Of a stretch of DNA of 64,000 bases, positions 10,786-20,765 are shown in pieces; position 1 is the stretch's first letter, and each line of letters begins with the position of its first letter. The DNA comes from Spirochaetota bacterium. Its GTDB lineage: Bacteria; Spirochaetota; UBA4802; UBA5550. A program made the translations under genes and the position numbers. The DNA lies in NCBI GenBank assembly GCA_963664815.2, contig CAXXHB010000003.1:1216001-1280000 (forward strand), read 5' to 3'. Under the pieces are notes generated by a model. The model was given only the letters and a program-made list of their open reading frames with translations, was not told where the DNA came from and did not search any database.

Positions 10786-11793
10786 ATGTCAAAAAAAAGG
10801 ATAACTATACCGGTTTTTATTCCACATTCAGGATGTCCTCATTTTTGCGTTTTCTGCAACCAGTGGAAAGTAACCGGTCTTACTGAAAAAGTCACATCTG
10901 AAAAAGTATATAAAATAATTGAAAAATATCTTTCAGCGCTTTCTGGTACTGTTGATAAGATTGAGATTGCTTTTTTCGGAGGAAGTTTTACGGCAATCCC
11001 GGTTGAAGAACAGATAAGATATCTGTCATCAGTAAAATCATACATACAAAATGGTATAATTGACTCTGTTAGATTATCTACCCGTCCTGATTGTATTGAT
11101 AAAGATAATTTAAATGTCCTTAAGCAATACCATGTTGAAACAGTTGAGTTGGGAGTTCAGTCTTTTTCTGATGAAGTCCTGCTTGCTTCAGGAAGGGGGC
11201 ATAATTCCGGACAGGTAATATCATCCGTTAAATTATTAAAGGAATATGGATTCAGGGTAGGGATTCAGCTTATGCCCGGACTTCCGGAAGATAATTCAGA
11301 AAGATCTATTTACTCAGCAAAAAAGACTGTCGAGTTGATGCCTCATGATGTGAGAATTTATCCCGCTGTAGTTCTGAAAAATACTGCAATGGAAATAATG
11401 TATAAAGAGGAAAAGTTTATTCCACTTACTATCGAAGAAGCAGTTGATGTATGCTCTGTTATGTATGGCATGTTTATTGAAAAAGGTATCAATGTTATAC
11501 GGATGGGACTTCATCCAATGGATCTCAGCGGAGGAAGCGTTGTTGCCGGACCATATCATGAAGCATTAGGATTTTTAATAAAATCAAGGCATAAACGGAA
11601 AATCCTTGAAGAGCTTATAAATAATGTAAATGAAGTAGATAAGAACCATTTTTCTTTAATATTGCCTGAAAAAATGAAAGAAGAATACATAGGCATGAAA
11701 AAAGAGAACATAAATTACCTGAAGCAGAAATTCTGTATTAACAGGCTTGATTATAAATTTGAAAATATAGAAAATCCTGAAATTTTATGCTGA
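10786..11793 (+). CDS. Radical SAM protein, Elp3/YhcC-like
   Basis: FIPHSGCPHFCVFCNQ (CxxxCxxC), FFGGSFT, STRPD, VELGVQS. Confidence 0.9.
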   Translation: MSKKRITIPVFIPHSGCPHFCVFCNQWKVTGLTEKVTSEKVYKIIEKYLSALSGTVDKIEIAFFGGSFTAIPVEEQIRYLSSVKSYIQNGIIDSVRLSTRPDCIDKDNLNVLKQYHVETVELGVQSFSDEVLLASGRGHNSGQVISSVKLLKEYGFRVGIQLMPGLPEDNSERSIYSAKKTVELMPHDVRIYPAVVLKNTAMEIMYKEEKFIPLTIEEAVDVCSVMYGMFIEKGINVIRMGLHPMDLSGGSVVAGPYHEALGFLIKSRHKRKILEELINNVNEVDKNHFSLILPEKMKEEYIGMKKENINYLKQKFCINRLDYKFENIENPEILC

Positions 11794-11863
11794 TTTTTTT
11801 ATTGACTTAATCCATGCTATAAAGGTTTTGTTGTCTTGAGTTAAAAATTATTGAGGTGATATT

Positions 11864-12118
11864 ATGCCCACATATGAATACGAATGTCTTGAGTGCAAAA
11901 ACAGGTTTGAAGTTTTTCAGTCAATGAATGATGCGCCTGTTAAGGACTGTGCAAAGTGCGGCAAACCTGTCCGTAAAGTATTTAATTCTGCCGGTGTAAT
12001 TTTTAAAGGAGCCGGTTTTTATGTTAATGATTATAAAGCAAAAGGTGAGAAATCAGGTTCCGATACTCAGCCTGCTTGTCAGGGATGTTCCGGGTGTAGT
12101 ATGGGGGGAGGAGAATAA
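11864..12118 (+). CDS. FmdB-family zinc-ribbon regulatory protein
   Basis: MPTYEYECLEC...CAKCG...FKGAGFYVNDY. Confidence 0.92.
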   Translation: MPTYEYECLECKNRFEVFQSMNDAPVKDCAKCGKPVRKVFNSAGVIFKGAGFYVNDYKAKGEKSGSDTQPACQGCSGCSMGGGE

Positions 12119-12120
12119 TA

Positions 12121-13980
12121 CTATTTTTTTTCAGAGGTTTTTTTTAATTTTGCCCTGTTCTGTCTGTATATTGACATAAGATATTTTTCGATACTGAACA
12201 GGGCACTTCCTGCAATTACGTCCTCTTTCAGTTTATATCCCGCTATTGAGTCAACATAATCACGGATACTTTCGGGTGTAGAAGCAATTTTTGGATCCAG
12301 CATAAGGTATTCAACATCAGATAAAAGATATTTTTTACTTCTCTGTATGTAGAGTGTCTGTCTTGCATTATAAATCGGGATAACAATTTTTAAATTATTC
12401 TCCCGTATCTCAGATATCAGTTTTTCAATTTTATTTTCATTTTCAGGTTTAATCTCAATAAAATCGGAAATAGGAATAATCGGAGAGTTCTTCAATGATA
12501 TTTCTTTATATATGTCTTTTGTTTCATTTGAAATCTCTGTTTTTACCGATTTAACTTTTACCGATTCTTTTTTTTGGGGATTAAGAGCATAACTCTTCTC
12601 TTTTTTTGTAAACAGCATCATTATTGAATTGGCTATTTTCGTCAGAAATGATGATCCGATTTTATCATCAGAATCAACTCTGACAATATTTCTCATTGTG
12701 ATTAGAGATTTTTTATAACCCTGATATCCATCTATCAGCTGCTTGAGTTTAATCACATCTTCAGGATTAGGGAAGAATCTGATAACGGTTTGTTCTTTTT
12801 CTAATAGCCTGTTGGCTGTATCGGTCAATAAATCTGCGGTAAAAATTTTACTATCATGCTGGCTTTCGCCTGTTTGACTTCCATTTTCATTTTGTATTAT
12901 TGATTGCGTATATGTTTCATATTTAATCAGAAACTGTGAAGGATCAATAAGATATTTTGTGTTATTGTACATGTGGATGATTACTTTTCCGGAGGCATCT
13001 TTTTCCAGTTCCCATCTGATAATTGTTTCAGAAGTCATGTCCGCAAAAAGAGAAAGAATATCTTTTTCTGTGCTTATAAAATTTTGCTGAAGATGCTTCA
13101 TAATCTCAGCATCAAGTATAATTACAGGATCCATGAGTTTTTCTACCTTAATGAGACAATCACGAAGGTGTTTAAAATTCTTAATTGCTACTATATTATT
13201 TTTATCTAATGATGGAGCTAAATCACCCAGCAGAATGTTTAATATGTAATCCAGCTTATTATCTCTGTAATCGCTTATGGTCGAATTTAATATCCCAAAA
13301 TTTTTAAGACGGCGGTCAATAGCAGGTTCGTCTTTTTCTATTATTTTTTTTATAACATCTATATCAATTTTCATTTTAACAGAATCATAATTACTTTTAT
13401 GAAAACAGTAATCCTCAACTATTTCCATCCCGCTCTTATCCAGTGAAAAGTTCTTGAAGGTAAAGATTGTTGTTCCCAGTTGACTTTTTACAATTTGTGT
13501 GAGGTTATTTCTGTTTTTAGATTTTTTTATTAATTTTGTAAGATTAAAAAGTCTGAAACTTTCCAGTAATCCGATAAGATTTTTTACCGATTGTTCATCC
13601 CGGTCTGAAATGAGCATATTATAATCAGTTTCTCTCATCATTAGAGTAATTTCCATTTTTTCTTCAATGGAGAGATTTTTATTTTCAGGATTTATTATAA
13701 ATTTAAATGAATAAACAGGTTTAATTTCAGCAGGATGATCTTTCATAAGAAGATCAACAAGATATTGTATATTCATTAATCTTTTTTGTGTTATCGGCAG
13801 TTTTATATTTCTTGAATCATTAAGGTTCTCTATTGTAGAAAGCTCTCCGGAATGTTTTTTTAACCAGTTTCTTTGAGATATTTCAATTTCACTCAATATT
13901 TCTTCAATATGAGCTTCTCGTGCCAGCCGTTCATTCAGAAAGGGGAATTTTTCATTTTTAGTGATCACAAACAATGACAC
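12121..13980 (-). CDS. Hypothetical protein (619 aa)
   Basis: Long ORF filling the interval; no motif recognised; start codon uncertain. Confidence 0.75.
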   Translation of the reverse strand: MSLFVITKNEKFPFLNERLAREAHIEEILSEIEISQRNWLKKHSGELSTIENLNDSRNIKLPITQKRLMNIQYLVDLLMKDHPAEIKPVYSFKFIINPENKNLSIEEKMEITLMMRETDYNMLISDRDEQSVKNLIGLLESFRLFNLTKLIKKSKNRNNLTQIVKSQLGTTIFTFKNFSLDKSGMEIVEDYCFHKSNYDSVKMKIDIDVIKKIIEKDEPAIDRRLKNFGILNSTISDYRDNKLDYILNILLGDLAPSLDKNNIVAIKNFKHLRDCLIKVEKLMDPVIILDAEIMKHLQQNFISTEKDILSLFADMTSETIIRWELEKDASGKVIIHMYNNTKYLIDPSQFLIKYETYTQSIIQNENGSQTGESQHDSKIFTADLLTDTANRLLEKEQTVIRFFPNPEDVIKLKQLIDGYQGYKKSLITMRNIVRVDSDDKIGSSFLTKIANSIMMLFTKKEKSYALNPQKKESVKVKSVKTEISNETKDIYKEISLKNSPIIPISDFIEIKPENENKIEKLISEIRENNLKIVIPIYNARQTLYIQRSKKYLLSDVEYLMLDPKIASTPESIRDYVDSIAGYKLKEDVIAGSALFSIEKYLMSIYRQNRAKLKKTSEKK

Positions 13981-14035
13981 CTGATTTTATATTAATACTT
14001 TATATATTAAGGCTGAAATTTAAATAATTTGTCAA

Positions 14036-14686
14036 TTATAAATTATAACCTTCAACCATTGGAACAAAACTTACATAGGTTATTGTTTCAGATGTAACTT
14101 CACCTTTATGTTTCCTCAATCTGATTAATTGCTGAATTGTATTGCCTACCGGGGCTACAAGCCTTCCATTTTCAGAGAGTTGTTCTATAAGTGCCTGGGG
14201 AATTTTTTCAGGAGCTGCAGTGAGAATTATTACATCAAAAGGAGCTTCACTTTCAAGCCCCTTGTAACCATCGTTATGAATGACTGTAACATTTTCACAT
14301 CCAAATTGCTTAAGAGTTTTTTCTGCATTCAAAGCCAGAGGTTTTATTCTTTCAATGCTGAATACTTTTCCTGCAAGTGTTGATAATATTGCTGCCTGAT
14401 AACCCGAACCGCATCCGATTTCAAGAACTTTTTCATCACTATTTAGTTCACAGAGTTCACTCATAAGCGCTACAATATATGGTTGAGATATTGTCTGATT
14501 ATGACCAATCGGAATAGGATGATCACCGTATGAGTCAATCAAATACTTATCGGGAACAAATTTTTCTCTGGGTAGATTGCTCATTACCTCCAGAATTCTT
14601 TTATCTGCAATGCCCCTTGCAATAAGATGTTCATTTACCATACGCTCGCGTTGATTTTTCATAATGCTTTCTTTATCTAGCTTCAT
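14036..14686 (-). CDS. pcm: Protein-L-isoaspartate O-methyltransferase
   Basis: QTISQPYIVA, VLEIGCGSGYQAA, APFDVI, FVPM. Confidence 0.96.
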   Translation of the reverse strand: MKLDKESIMKNQRERMVNEHLIARGIADKRILEVMSNLPREKFVPDKYLIDSYGDHPIPIGHNQTISQPYIVALMSELCELNSDEKVLEIGCGSGYQAAILSTLAGKVFSIERIKPLALNAEKTLKQFGCENVTVIHNDGYKGLESEAPFDVIILTAAPEKIPQALIEQLSENGRLVAPVGNTIQQLIRLRKHKGEVTSETITYVSFVPMVEGYNL

Positions 14687-15050
14687 TATTCCTCATTTTA
14701 TATCATTCATTTTTTATTGAATGTATAACAACGGCATATTGATAATATTTTAAATACATAATAGTATAATCCTTAAAAAATTTTTTTATATCGTAAATAT
14801 ATTCACTTAAACCTTGCGACTTTACAATCATTAAGAAAGTAAAGACTTTCTTTTATGACAGTATAAGTATACTTCTTATTAATAAATAATATATTTTGGA
14901 TTTAATTTCAAGTTGTAATTGTTGTGAAATTGATACACCCAATGTGATTTTATTAATTAATGAACAATCAAGTATAGAACAATCTGGATTGATCTATTCA
15001 AATCCCTGATTTAATCAACAGTTATACTCATTCTGTTATTTATTAAACTA

Positions 15051-15066
15051 TGGCATGAATATTGCG
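15051..15066 (+). promoter_or_regulatory. Sigma54 (-24/-12) promoter
   Basis: TGGCATGAATATTGCG fits TGGCAC-N5-TTGC with exact GG-N10-GC spacing. Confidence 0.7.
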
Positions 15067-15099
15067 TTTAATATAAACTAAGTATGGGGGTCAGGAGAT

Positions 15100-15192
15100 A
15101 TGTCACAAATAATAAATATGTTCTGGATAGTTGTTATTTTCTGGCTTTTTATAGAAGTAATTAATATGAAGATTAATAAAAAAAAAAGTTAA
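15100..15192 (+). CDS. Small hydrophobic peptide, 30 aa (MSQIINMFWIVVIFWLFIEVINMKINKKKS); not in ORF track
   Basis: Translated by hand. Purine-rich GGGGGTCAGGAG upstream, single TM-like segment with basic tail, just downstream of the sigma54 motif. Confidence 0.5.
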   Translation: MSQIINMFWIVVIFWLFIEVINMKINKKKS

Positions 15193-15381
15193 ACAATGAT
15201 AATGATAACTATGATAATGATAAATAAATGAACTTTCGGGAATAAAATGGAGTAAATTCACCTTATTTCAAGCCTTTGAAAGCCTGCAGTCGGTTAAAAT
15301 TATATGACCACGTCAAATATAATTGACATGATTTAGATTCAATATAATTTAATTTTAATTTCACAATAAAAGCTAAAGGTA

Positions 15382-15774
15382 ATGATGAAAAAATTTTTAG
15401 TAATTTTTATAGTCATGATTGCAGGTTCCTCTTTCCCTGGTGAAAATGAAAAAGTACTCCTTGCTGATATCATTTCCGACATTGATAATTACAAAAATAA
15501 AGTTGTTACGTTAAATTTGCGGCTGAAATATATAGACAGAGTTTTTGAAAAAATAGTGTTTTATGATTCTGAAAATAATGATATTGAATTTGATATAACC
15601 GGCATAACTAAGAAAAAGGTGCTGTCAGATAATATCATAAATATACATGAAGGAATGATGTACAGAATAAGGTTTACTGTAATAGGTGCCGGGAATCTTG
15701 GGGGACTAACTGGTGACTTACTTGAATTTACACCGGTTATCTTTGATAAAATTCCTGTTGAAGAGACAAAATAA
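15382..15774 (+). CDS. Exported hypothetical protein (possible OB-fold)
   Basis: Signal-peptide-like N-terminus MKKFLVIFIVMIAG; followed by a terminator. Confidence 0.75.
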   Translation: MMKKFLVIFIVMIAGSSFPGENEKVLLADIISDIDNYKNKVVTLNLRLKYIDRVFEKIVFYDSENNDIEFDITGITKKKVLSDNIINIHEGMMYRIRFTVIGAGNLGGLTGDLLEFTPVIFDKIPVEETK

Positions 15775-15816
15775 AGAAAGCAGAATAGCTGGGCGGCTAT
15801 CCTGCCTTCTTCTTTT
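15775..15816 (+). terminator. Intrinsic terminator
   Basis: gcagaatagc-tgggcg-gctatcctgc followed by cttcttctttt, directly after the stop codon. Confidence 0.6.
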
Positions 15817-15924
15817 GCAGTGTTAAGTTAATAATATGGTAAGAACGGGAGGGAATTACCATATCATCACTTATACAAATTTTATCGGCTGGAGAGTTTA
15901 AAAACTTTAATTTTTTTGAGGAAA

Positions 15925-16839
15925 ATGACAGGAATTATTATAAAAGTTTATGGAAGGTTTTATACGGTTTTATTTGATGGAGGAGAAATTAATTCGGTAC
16001 TCCGCGGAAAAATGAAAACCAGTCAGAGTAATTATTCCAACCCGGTAGCAGTGGGAGATGTAGTTGATTTTTCGATCAACAGAGAGGGTCTTGGGACTAT
16101 TGAACATGTAAAAGAGAGAAGTAATACATTTACTCGTAAGGATGGAGTGCGCTCGCGGGAGGATATAATTGCCTGTAATCTGGATCAGGTTGTTGCAGTT
16201 CAATCTTTCACAAATCCCCGGTTGAATCTCAGGTTTGTAGACAGAATTATCATTCGAAGTAAAAGAGGGAATATTCCTGTTCTTTTATGTGTAAATAAAT
16301 CTGATCTTATGGAAAAGGGTGAATCAGCCTATATTCGTTCATATTATAAAGGAGCTGATATTAATATTAAATTTGTAAGTGCACTGACCGGTAGAGGGAT
16401 GAGTGAATTTAAAAAAGAGATTACAGAAAAAAGATCTTTACTCATAGGCTATTCAGGAGTAGGAAAATCATCACTTTTTAACCGGATTTATCCGGGACTT
16501 GATTTGAAGATAAACGAAGTTTCAGAAAGTTCAGGCAAGGGTAAACATACTACAACAAACGTCAAAATGGTGAGAGCCGATGATGGCACTGAACTTATTG
16601 ATACACCCGGAGTCAGGGAATTCGGACTTGTTGATATAGAACCTGATGATCTTGGTAATTATTTTAATGATTTCAGGGAGGCAGCCTTAAGCTGTCGGTT
16701 CAGACCATGCACTCATGATCATGAGCCAGGATGTGAAGTTAAAAGGCTGGTTGAAGATGGCATAATACATGGGGAGAGGTATATATCTTATCTGAATATT
16801 TTGTACTCTATACAGGAAAATATTAAAAATCAATATTAG
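15925..16839 (+). CDS. rsgA: Ribosome small subunit-dependent GTPase A
   Basis: NKSD, GYSGVGKSS, GKHTT, DTPG, CRFRPCTHDHEPGC zinc finger. Confidence 0.96.
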   Translation: MTGIIIKVYGRFYTVLFDGGEINSVLRGKMKTSQSNYSNPVAVGDVVDFSINREGLGTIEHVKERSNTFTRKDGVRSREDIIACNLDQVVAVQSFTNPRLNLRFVDRIIIRSKRGNIPVLLCVNKSDLMEKGESAYIRSYYKGADINIKFVSALTGRGMSEFKKEITEKRSLLIGYSGVGKSSLFNRIYPGLDLKINEVSESSGKGKHTTTNVKMVRADDGTELIDTPGVREFGLVDIEPDDLGNYFNDFREAALSCRFRPCTHDHEPGCEVKRLVEDGIIHGERYISYLNILYSIQENIKNQY

Positions 16840-16992
16840 GTATATTTCCAGACTGCGTATGTAGCACTCAAACAGCCGTGATGTGGCTTTTTTTAAAGGA
16901 GTGATTCACTGTACACTTTAAAATTAAAAATGAGACAAGTCTGCTGAAAGCAGTCTGGCTCTGGAATTTTACTGAATTAACATGGAATTGAA

Positions 16993-17751
16993 ATGATCAG
17001 CGTGAAAAACCTTACAGTATCTTTTCTTAACAGGATTATATTAGATGATCTTTCATTTGAGGTCAATAAGGGGGAGACTCTCGTAATTCTGGGAAAGAAC
17101 GGTGCAGGCAAATCTGTAATACTCAAATCGATAGCCGGGCTTATAGATAAATACAAAGGTGATATTCAGATTGACGGGAAAGAGATCAGAGAACTCTATA
17201 AAATGGGGGTTAAAGCTAAAAATGATGGAGTTTCTTATTGTGTAATGTCATATGTTTTTCAAAAGGGGGGATTGTTTGATTCAATCAATGTATTTGACAA
17301 TACAGCTTTCGGATTGAGAAGAATGGGAATACATGAAGATGAAATCTCTGAAAGAGTAAAAGGCGCAATTAAACGTGTGGGACTTAATGGTGCAGAAAGT
17401 AAGCTTCCTTCTGAACTTTCCGGTGGCATGCAGAAAAGAGTTGGAATTGCCCGGGCTATATGCATGAGACCGGAGGTAATTCTTTATGATGACCCAACAG
17501 CTGGTCTTGATCCTATTCTTTCCGATTCAATTGCCGATTTAATGCTTGAGATAAAGATCTCTTTAAATAGCGCTTCGATCATCGTCACAAATGATTTAAA
17601 GGTTGCAAAAAAGACCGCAGACAGAATTGCATTATTATATTCAGGAAGATTTGTCTGTTACATGGAATGTGAAGAATTTTTTAAAGAGATTGATCAATAT
17701 TCCAGGCAATTCATACATGGTGATATTGAAGGTCCTATAGATATTTTATGA
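16993..17751 (+). CDS. MlaF/Ttg2A-like ABC ATP-binding protein with degenerate catalytic residues
   Basis: GKNGAGKS, FQKGGLFDS and LSGGMQKRVGIARA intact; Walker B reads YDDPT and H-loop reads VTND. Confidence 0.88.
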   Translation: MISVKNLTVSFLNRIILDDLSFEVNKGETLVILGKNGAGKSVILKSIAGLIDKYKGDIQIDGKEIRELYKMGVKAKNDGVSYCVMSYVFQKGGLFDSINVFDNTAFGLRRMGIHEDEISERVKGAIKRVGLNGAESKLPSELSGGMQKRVGIARAICMRPEVILYDDPTAGLDPILSDSIADLMLEIKISLNSASIIVTNDLKVAKKTADRIALLYSGRFVCYMECEEFFKEIDQYSRQFIHGDIEGPIDIL

Positions 17752-17760
17752 GGTATAGTA

Positions 17761-18744
17761 ATGAATTTTAAAAAATCAGTTTATGATGTCACGGGTATTG
17801 GATCGGCACTTCTTGATTTTACTGTTGATGTTGATGATATTTTCCTTAGTTCATTAGGATTAAGGAAAGGAGAAATGCATCTTATTGATGCAGAACGAAG
17901 CAGAGAGATATTCTCTCTATTAAAAAACAGGAATACTCATATTGCACCCGGGGGTAGCTGCGCCAATACCATTGCCGGGATAGCCAGGATGGGGGGAAGA
18001 GGTTCTTTTCTCGGAAGGGTAGCTAGCGATGATTATGGTAAAACATATATAGATAAAACGGTTGAAGCTGGTGTTACTTCTTTTATAAGTAAAGGTAAAG
18101 GGATGACTGGTCATGCAATAACGTTAATAACACCGGATTCAGAAAGAACATTTGCAACTCATCTTGGTGCTGCAATTGACCTTTCAGCGGATGAAATAGA
18201 TTATTCTGTTATTGAAAACAGTTCAATTCTGCATATTGAGGGTTATTTATTTGAACCGGAAAATCTGAGAGAAGTTTGTTATAACTCTATGGATACAGCC
18301 AGAAAAAAAGGTGTACAGATTTCTATAGATCTTGCTGATTCCGCTCTGATAGAGAGGATAAGGGATGTTTTTAATGATGTTGTTAAGAACTATGCCGGAA
18401 TTATTTTTGCAAACGAAGAGGAGATCTTTGCTTTTACAGGTAAAAGAGATAAAGATGCACTTGATATATTATCAGATAATTGTCCAGTCTCTATAATGAA
18501 ACTCGGTTCAAAAGGGAGTATGATTAAGTCGGATAATATAATAACAAAAATTGATGCAATAAAAACGAATGTTGTTAATACCAATGGTGCGGGAGATATG
18601 TATGCCGCAGGATTTCTCTATGGGCTTACATCCGGATGTAGTATCGAAAATTCAGGGAAGATTGCAAGTTATTCGGCATCGCTTGTTGTCGCTTCTGCAG
18701 GAGCGAGAGTTGAAAGTAAAATTGATCTGAAGGGGATTATTTAA
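17761..18744 (+). CDS. PfkB-family (adenosine-kinase-like) sugar kinase
   Basis: PGGSCANT, ERTFATHLGA, FANEEE, NTNGAGDMYAAGFL. Confidence 0.92.
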   Translation: MNFKKSVYDVTGIGSALLDFTVDVDDIFLSSLGLRKGEMHLIDAERSREIFSLLKNRNTHIAPGGSCANTIAGIARMGGRGSFLGRVASDDYGKTYIDKTVEAGVTSFISKGKGMTGHAITLITPDSERTFATHLGAAIDLSADEIDYSVIENSSILHIEGYLFEPENLREVCYNSMDTARKKGVQISIDLADSALIERIRDVFNDVVKNYAGIIFANEEEIFAFTGKRDKDALDILSDNCPVSIMKLGSKGSMIKSDNIITKIDAIKTNVVNTNGAGDMYAAGFLYGLTSGCSIENSGKIASYSASLVVASAGARVESKIDLKGII

Positions 18745-19723
18745 AGAACTCTTTCATATCTGTGACAGCTTTTTCATATGCTTCTTCAAAAGATAGTTTT
18801 GTTTTATAACCGGCTGCATTTTTATGACCGCCCCCTCCGTTTTTTATTGCCAGGGATGCAACATCAAGGTTTCCTTTAGTTCTCATGCTTATCTTTACAG
18901 GGCCGTCTATGTCCTGTTTTACCAGAAGACTTGCAATGACGCCTTTAACCGTAAATGGCGCGTTGATTGTTGATTCACCCTCTGAGAAAGAGCCATTTGT
19001 TTCAATAACCATCTGTGGTGTAAGCTTCATGGAAATCATTTTACCATTTTCCATAATTTCCATAGAAGATAAAATTCTACCCCTGAGCTGGAAGCTTGAA
19101 AGTGAATTACTTTCATAAAGGTTTTCATAAACCTTAAAGGGATCGACTCCAAGGCTGACAAGATGGGAAGCTATTTTAAATGTTTCTGATGTTGTTTTTG
19201 GAAACCTGAATGAACCTGTGTCAAATACGATACCGGTGAACAATGCCTGAGCAGTTTTAAAATTCAGTTCTTTGTTGTAATGCCTGATTATTGAGTAAAT
19301 TATCTCTGATGCTGAAGCTGAATCAACTTTGATAAAATTTATATCTATTTTACCCTGATCACTATCCTTGTGATGATCTATAATAAAATATTCTTTAACA
19401 CGCGGGCTTAAAATTTTATATGCTGAACCGATATTACTGTAATCATTTGTATCAAGAACAAACTGAGCATATTCATGGATATCAGCCGGAAGGTTTGACT
19501 CATTGTCAATAACAGTTAATTCATTGTCTATATCAAGAAATTGGCAGATTTCCGGTACAGGATCAGAGTTGAGGATTATTGCTGTTTTACCCATTTGCTT
19601 CAGGAAATCGAGAAAAGCAATTTCGCATCCAAGACCGTCTGCATCCGGGCTTTCATGTGTTGAAACAATGAATTTTTCATTTCTATTTAAAAATTCATCA
19701 AGCATTTTGACGGACTGACTCAT
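18737..19723 (-). CDS. nrnA: DHH-family bifunctional oligoribonuclease/pAp phosphatase
   Basis: HESPDADGLG, IIDHH, DTGSF, GGGGHKNAAG; TGATG-coupled to glyQ. Confidence 0.92.
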   Translation of the reverse strand: MSQSVKMLDEFLNRNEKFIVSTHESPDADGLGCEIAFLDFLKQMGKTAIILNSDPVPEICQFLDIDNELTVIDNESNLPADIHEYAQFVLDTNDYSNIGSAYKILSPRVKEYFIIDHHKDSDQGKIDINFIKVDSASASEIIYSIIRHYNKELNFKTAQALFTGIVFDTGSFRFPKTTSETFKIASHLVSLGVDPFKVYENLYESNSLSSFQLRGRILSSMEIMENGKMISMKLTPQMVIETNGSFSEGESTINAPFTVKGVIASLLVKQDIDGPVKISMRTKGNLDVASLAIKNGGGGHKNAAGYKTKLSFEEAYEKAVTDMKEFFK

Positions 19724-20619
19724 CAAACACCCCGTGTTATTTTAGTCTTTAATAATGGATAACCCATCTCTTCTCTTATTTCAACATATCTTTCAGCGCA
19801 TTTTCTAGCGATGTTCCTGACACGTGTGATGTATCCCACACGCTCTGTAACTGAGATAGCGCCTCTGGCATCTAACATATTAAAAGCATGTGAACATTTC
19901 AACACAAAATCGTATGCCGGGAGCACAATTCTACTGTCGGGGTAATCAAGTATTGACAGACATTCTTTTTCATACATATCAAACAGTTTAATATACATAT
20001 CTGTATCTGCAACATTAAAGTTGTAATGTGAAAATTCAAATTCACTTCGGTGGTGAATGTCTCTGTATGAAAATTTTTCATTCCATTCAATGTCGAAAAC
20101 ACTGTCAACTTCCTGGATATATGTACATATTCTCTCAAGTCCATATGTAAGTTCTGCCGAAACAGGATCAAGATCAATGCTTCCGCATTGCTGGAAATAG
20201 GTAAACTGGGTTACTTCCATCCCGTCCAGCCAAACTTCCCATCCCAATCCTGACGCGCCAAGGGTAGGTGATTCCCAGTCATCTTCTACAAAACGTACAT
20301 CATGATCTTTCAGGTTGATACCGAGATATTCTAGTGATTGAAGATATAAATCCTGTATATTAGAAGGTGATGGTTTCATTATAACCTGATACTGGTAATA
20401 ATGCTGAAGCCTGTTTGGATTATCGCCATATCTTCCATCTGTAGGTCTTCTGGATGGCTCAACGTAGGCAACATTCCATGGTTCAGGACCGAGAACTTTT
20501 AAAAATGTTACAGGATTAAATGTTCCAGCTCCTACTTCAAGATCATATCCCTGAAGAATTACACATCCCTGATTTGACCAGTATTCATTTAATTTCGCAA
20601 TTATATTCTGAAAAAACAT
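19723..20619 (-). CDS. glyQ: Glycine-tRNA ligase alpha subunit
   Basis: [45 protein letters not shown]. Confidence 0.98.
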   Translation of the reverse strand: MFFQNIIAKLNEYWSNQGCVILQGYDLEVGAGTFNPVTFLKVLGPEPWNVAYVEPSRRPTDGRYGDNPNRLQHYYQYQVIMKPSPSNIQDLYLQSLEYLGINLKDHDVRFVEDDWESPTLGASGLGWEVWLDGMEVTQFTYFQQCGSIDLDPVSAELTYGLERICTYIQEVDSVFDIEWNEKFSYRDIHHRSEFEFSHYNFNVADTDMYIKLFDMYEKECLSILDYPDSRIVLPAYDFVLKCSHAFNMLDARGAISVTERVGYITRVRNIARKCAERYVEIREEMGYPLLKTKITRGV

Positions 20620-20765
20620 TTTATATCCTCAATCTCTATAAGATCTAAAAGCTGCCCCATAGTTAATAAATACCTTCATAAACTGCGAAAAATCAATATT
20701 TAATAATCATATACAACTTATAAGTTTTAAATTTATTCGGACAGGTCTGTTTTAAGTCAAGTAAA

